DNA of 64,000 nt from Candidatus Dormiibacterota bacterium (GTDB lineage: Bacteria; Chloroflexota; Dormibacteria; Aeolococcales; Aeolococcaceae): assembly GCA_963709585.1 (NCBI GenBank), contig CAVPXI010000006.1:128001-192000 (forward strand). The letters run 5' to 3'. Below are positions 60,154 to 64,000 of the stretch, piece by piece. The stretch's first letter is position 1. Every line of letters begins with the position of its first letter. The notes under the pieces are model-generated. The model ran no database searches. It was given only the letters and a program-made list of their open reading frames with translations, and was not told where the DNA came from. Made by a program: the position numbers and the translations under genes.

Positions 60154-60818
60154 GAGCCAACCCGGAGGTCCTGATCCTCGAGGACGACGCCGAGACGCTC
60201 GATGAGCTGCAGAGTCACTTCACCCGCAAGCTGTTCCACCCGCTCGGCGCGCGCAGCGCGTCGCGTGCGCTCTCCTTGCTCGAACACAACCGATACTCGA
60301 GCAGACCGGTGCTCGCGATCATCGACTGGGATCTCGGCAAGGCTCCCGACCGCAGCGCGAGCAGTGGCGACGTCCTGTCGCGACTCGCCCGCGAGCTTCG
60401 CGAGTGCCCGGTGATCGTGTACTCCCAGAACATCGACGCGTTCAACGTCCGGAGCCAGATCCAGCGCTCGCATCCCCGCGCCCTGCTCCATGACAAACGC
60501 GACGGTGACGCGTCATTGCTCGAGCGCATCGACAGGATGCTCGACCGCACCGTCGGCGACCTCCGCATTCACGACGGGACCGTGGTCGTGCATCTCCCGA
60601 CCCGCGATCAACACCACCACCGCGAAGCGATCCGGCTGGTGGTGCACCACCCCGACATCGTGACCTTCCATTCCGACACCGCGACCAAGGCGGTGCGCCG
60701 CTTCGGTGAATGGCTGCACAGCCACGGCTCGGCGGTCCGGCTCGTCAGTCACGGCAACCGTAAATACCGCCTCAACGTGACCCCGACCGAGGGAGCCGCT
60801 CCCGACATCGAAGCGTGA
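60150..60818 (+). CDS. Response regulator (REC plus divergent winged-helix-like output)
   Basis: VLILEDD, AIIDWDL, PVIVYS, HDK; C-terminal VGDLRI...GNRKYRL. Confidence 0.8.
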   Translation: MRANPEVLILEDDAETLDELQSHFTRKLFHPLGARSASRALSLLEHNRYSSRPVLAIIDWDLGKAPDRSASSGDVLSRLARELRECPVIVYSQNIDAFNVRSQIQRSHPRALLHDKRDGDASLLERIDRMLDRTVGDLRIHDGTVVVHLPTRDQHHHREAIRLVVHHPDIVTFHSDTATKAVRRFGEWLHSHGSAVRLVSHGNRKYRLNVTPTEGAAPDIEA

Positions 60819-62126
60819 ATCTCAGCCTGGCCGAGATCGCCGAGCTGCCGCTGGCCGCGGCCCTGGTCGACGCCGCTGGAGCGGTGATCGCGCGCACCCC
60901 GGAGTGGGACGGGCCGGGGCCGGGCGCGGTCTCGTACCCGGTGCGCAGCGTGCGCCTGGTGGTTCGGACCCAGCCCGCGTCCCCTCAGTGCGATGAGCTG
61001 CTCAGCCGCCTGCTCGACTCGATCGAACTCGGCGGCCCTCGCGCTCAGCGGCGCCCAGGCACAGCGCGTACGCATGCTCGGAGGATCCCTGCGACTCGTT
61101 GCGGGTCGTGAGCCCGGTGGGTGCGGGAGCACCGATGACGTCATCGAGCTGGCCCGCGCGGGGATCACCGCTCGCACCGGCCTTCGCGTCGATGCGAGCA
61201 CCGGACCCGCCCGTCCGGTGCTCGGTCCCGAGGTCGCCGCGTTGGTGCTCGTCCAGTTCGCGGTCAACGCGGAGCGTCATGACGGGGCGACCGCCGTCCG
61301 GATCGAGGTCGACCGCACGACCTTCCGTGTCGTCTGGCACCACGCCGGGCTGGCGCCGCGGATCGCGACGGCGCGGCGCAGGGCCAACCGCGAGCGGTGG
61401 GGCCTCGGCTTCGCGCGGATCGCGGCCGACGCGATCGGGGGCACGGTCTACCCGCCCAGGGCCACCGGTGACGAGTTCCTGGCCGCGACCCTCGAGCTCG
61501 GCGTTCGCCGCCTGGCGCTGCCCCTCGCGGCCGTCCGAGCGGGTCTGGTCTGCCGTGCCACGCGATCCTGGGACGAGGAGACCGGGCTGGCACCGGGCAG
61601 CGCGACCGGACCGGGGTCGAAGCTCGCGACCATCCAGGCAGCGGCATGCTCGGTGCCGGGACGGATCGTCGCCGATGCCGGCTTCAGCGCACGCGCCGGC
61701 CTCGGCGCGCTCTGGGTGGCTGTGCCGCCAGACGACTCCGCGGTGCGGGCCCGCGAGGTGGTCACCGGCCTGACCCACGAGCGGGCGCTCTCCGAGCACA
61801 TCGACGAGCCCGCTCGGTCGACCATCGGCGGCCTGGCTTTGCTGCTTGCAACCTTGCTGGGTGAACCGATGCCGCGGCTTCCGCTCGCCGCCTGGACGCG
61901 ACGGATGCTCGAGCTGGGTCCGGCGTTTGGAATCGGCGGCGCGATTCCCGAATTCGACGGCGTCGGCGCGATCGACCCGCAGGTCGTCGCCCTGCTTGCG
62001 GCGTCGAGTGACGGATTCGAGGTCGACGGCGACCGCCTCTGGCTCCGGGTCCGCGAGCGGTGCCGCGAAGACGCTGCGGTACGGGTGCTGCTCAGGCCAG
62101 GTGAGAGTCGGATCCTGCTGGGCTGA
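60815..62126 (+). CDS. Degenerate histidine-kinase-like (HATPase) protein (frameshift near 61025)
   Basis: PAS-like start LPLAAALVD, N-box-like QFAVNAERH, G2-like WGLGFARIAADAIGG. Confidence 0.6.
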
Positions 62127-62829
62127 TCATCGGCGTGGCCGGGGACCGCAGCAGGAGCGACGTGATCGCCGCGAGGAGCGGGTGCGCTGCGCGTTCGGGG
62201 GCACTGGCGCCCGCCTCTTCGAGCGCCGCGTCCAACCTGAGGAGGTCCGCCGCCAGCACCCGCACCGCGGCGTGGATGATCGCCGCCGGGTCGCCGGCGT
62301 CCGCCGCCTCCCAACCGTTGTCGGCAGTCGCCGGGGGAACCTCCGGTGCGTACTCCACGCCGTCACGCGCTCCGGTGAGGTATGCGGTCGCCCAGACGTC
62401 GTAGCCGAGTGCCTCCGGGTGGCGGATGCGCGCGGCGAGACGCCGTAACGGGTCGGGCTCGCCGCCAATCAGCGCGGCCTGCTCGACGAGCCGGAACACG
62501 AGCAGCTTCTGATACCGGGCCACCCAGTATCGAGAGACACCAGCAGTGAGCAGCCGGGAGAGCCGTACCTGGGCAATGCTCACCCTGGTGATCGCCGTAC
62601 CGCCGCCATCGGGAACGAGCACTTCGACATCGCGGCCAACGTCCCAGACGCCACCAAGGAGGCGGACGATCGACGTCGGGCGCCAGACTTCCGCGGACCC
62701 GTCCCACCAGTCGACCGGGACATCACCGAACGACCGCTCACCAGTACTCGTCAGGAGGGCCTGGTGCAGCTCCTCCCGCGGGCGCGTGGCCAAGAGCGAC
62801 CAGCCGTCGGGAAGTGCGTGTGTGGTCAT
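62092..62829 (-). CDS. Hypothetical protein (245 aa)
   Basis: ATG at 62829; plausible globular sequence, no family recognised. Confidence 0.55.
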   Translation of the reverse strand: MTTHALPDGWSLLATRPREELHQALLTSTGERSFGDVPVDWWDGSAEVWRPTSIVRLLGGVWDVGRDVEVLVPDGGGTAITRVSIAQVRLSRLLTAGVSRYWVARYQKLLVFRLVEQAALIGGEPDPLRRLAARIRHPEALGYDVWATAYLTGARDGVEYAPEVPPATADNGWEAADAGDPAAIIHAAVRVLAADLLRLDAALEEAGASAPERAAHPLLAAITSLLLRSPATPMISPAGSDSHLA

Positions 62830-63350
62830 CGAAGTTGGTACTGGGATGTGGAGGGAACGCATGCTGTGAAGCGGCGCGATGCCGTGACCTGGCGTGCAGT
62901 ATGCCCCGGATCCTCCAAAAACGGTGTACTGCAGCCGACATATCCGCGCCGCGAGCGGCTCCTCGTTCTCTGGCGGCCGGCGACCTCGTGTGCGGCAGAG
63001 GCTGGAGGCGGTGCCAGCCTCTGTAGAACAAGCATATCGTTGCGCTCGACCTCGGGTGACGGGCTCCGCGGCCGACGCACGCGGCCACAGCACTCCGATC
63101 CTCAGCAAGCGACAACAAGCGCCGCCGGTGCCGGGCCTCAGTGAGCCACTGAAGAGCGCGCCATGTGCGCGGCGGCGCGACGCCCGTGGACGACGGCGCA
63201 TCCGCTACGAGCACAGGCGGTGCCCACTACCGGCAGAGGTGGTGGTGACGCCGGCTCACCGCGAATCTCGCAGCGAGCGCAGCGAGCGAACGCTGAGCGA
63301 GGGAGCCGGCGTCCGCCGCCGCCTCTGCCCACCGCGTGCGGCGCAAGTGG

Positions 63351-63780
63351 CTAAGCAGGCGGAGGCGCCGTCGTCCACCACGCGTCAACGTCGCCATGCC
63401 ACGTCGTCGCGCGATGCAGCGCGCGAACGACTGTTTTGATGTTGCCGCGAACGTTGAAGTCGCCGACGACTTCGCAGTACCGAGGGTCGAGGAGCGAGAC
63501 CAGGTCGGTGAGGACGATGTTCACGACGTCCTCGTGGTAGACATGCTGATCGCGGTACGCGTTGATGTAGAGCTTCAAGGATTTTTAATTCCACGCAGCG
63601 CGGACCCGGCACATAGCGGATGTGCAGGGTGGCGAAGTCCGGGAATCCCGAAATCGGGCAGAGGCACGTGAACTCGGGGATCGTGAACTGGATCGTGTAG
63701 TCGCGCTCCGGGGTGCGGTTGTCGAACGCCTCGAGTCTCGCCTCGCCGATCGCGCGCGTTCCGTACAGCTCCTCGCTCAT
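63351..63780 (-). CDS. queF: NADPH-dependent preQ0 reductase (frameshift in an A-run near 63585)
   Basis: [35 protein letters not shown]. Confidence 0.93.
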
Positions 63781-64000
63781 TGCTCGGCCCCGCGCAAGCG
63801 TGCGCGCAGCGCCGCGAGCGGAATCGGCGCGAACTTGGTGTCCCGGTCGAAGGTGTCCACCCCCTCGACGCGCTTGAGGGCGGTGACCAGCGCGTAGGTG
63901 ATCGGCGTAGCGATGACTTCGTACAGCACCTTCACGATCCACACATCCCGAATGATGATGATCAGCACCGACCAGGGCTGGATGCCGGCGAACGCCAGCG
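63777..64000 (-). CDS. Queuosine precursor transporter (YhhQ/VUT family), 3' end (partial)
   Basis: [27 protein letters not shown]; overlaps the queF start. Confidence 0.85.
   Translation of the reverse strand, partial: LAFAGIQPWSVLIIIIRDVWIVKVLYEVIATPITYALVTALKRVEGVDTFDRDTKFAPIPLAALRARLRGAEQ

Noticed and set aside
3793-63780. About ten frameshifted genes (moxR, tdh, kgd, 26649 ORF, typA, M23, 51.5-kb ORF, NRAMP, kinase-like, queF) as pseudogenes or programmed frameshifts
   Set aside because: Those I could localise are single-base indels, mostly an extra A after GA or in short homopolymers, in otherwise intact and often essential genes. This points to long-read consensus error; read polishing would settle it.

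Overview
High-GC (about 68-70%) bacterial chromosome segment. The gene content is consistent with a soil Terrabacteria lineage such as Ca. Dormibacterota/Chloroflexota; this is inference only. Housekeeping and metabolic genes include ispH, a MoxR-DUF58-DUF4350-DUF4129 cluster, two ECF sigma/anti-sigma pairs, tdh-kbl, a fused 2-oxoglutarate dehydrogenase with lpdA, typA, acdS, an ino1-acyltransferase-pimA-pgsA inositol-lipid operon, gltX, thiD, NRAMP/MgtE-like genes and queF. There are two tRNAs (Tyr, Glu). A complete 3.1-kb IS1595-family element (23451-26564) has 23-bp terminal inverted repeats (TIRs), an 8-bp target duplication, small passenger ORFs and a tRNA-like cloverleaf. Main observation: removing the IS reveals a roughly 100-nt promoter plus structured, SD-sequestering 5' leader. 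It is also present in front of a stand-alone pilin / VirB6-like / M23-peptidase operon at 31.1 kb, suggesting a dispersed, co-regulated, domesticated conjugation-like regulon. Also notable are a tRNA-Tyr with archaeal/eukaryotic-type identity elements, an orphan RNase-A-like toxin/CdiI pair and a pseudo-sortase. About ten single-base frameshifts look like long-read consensus errors. All family assignments come from motif recognition by eye, not database searches.
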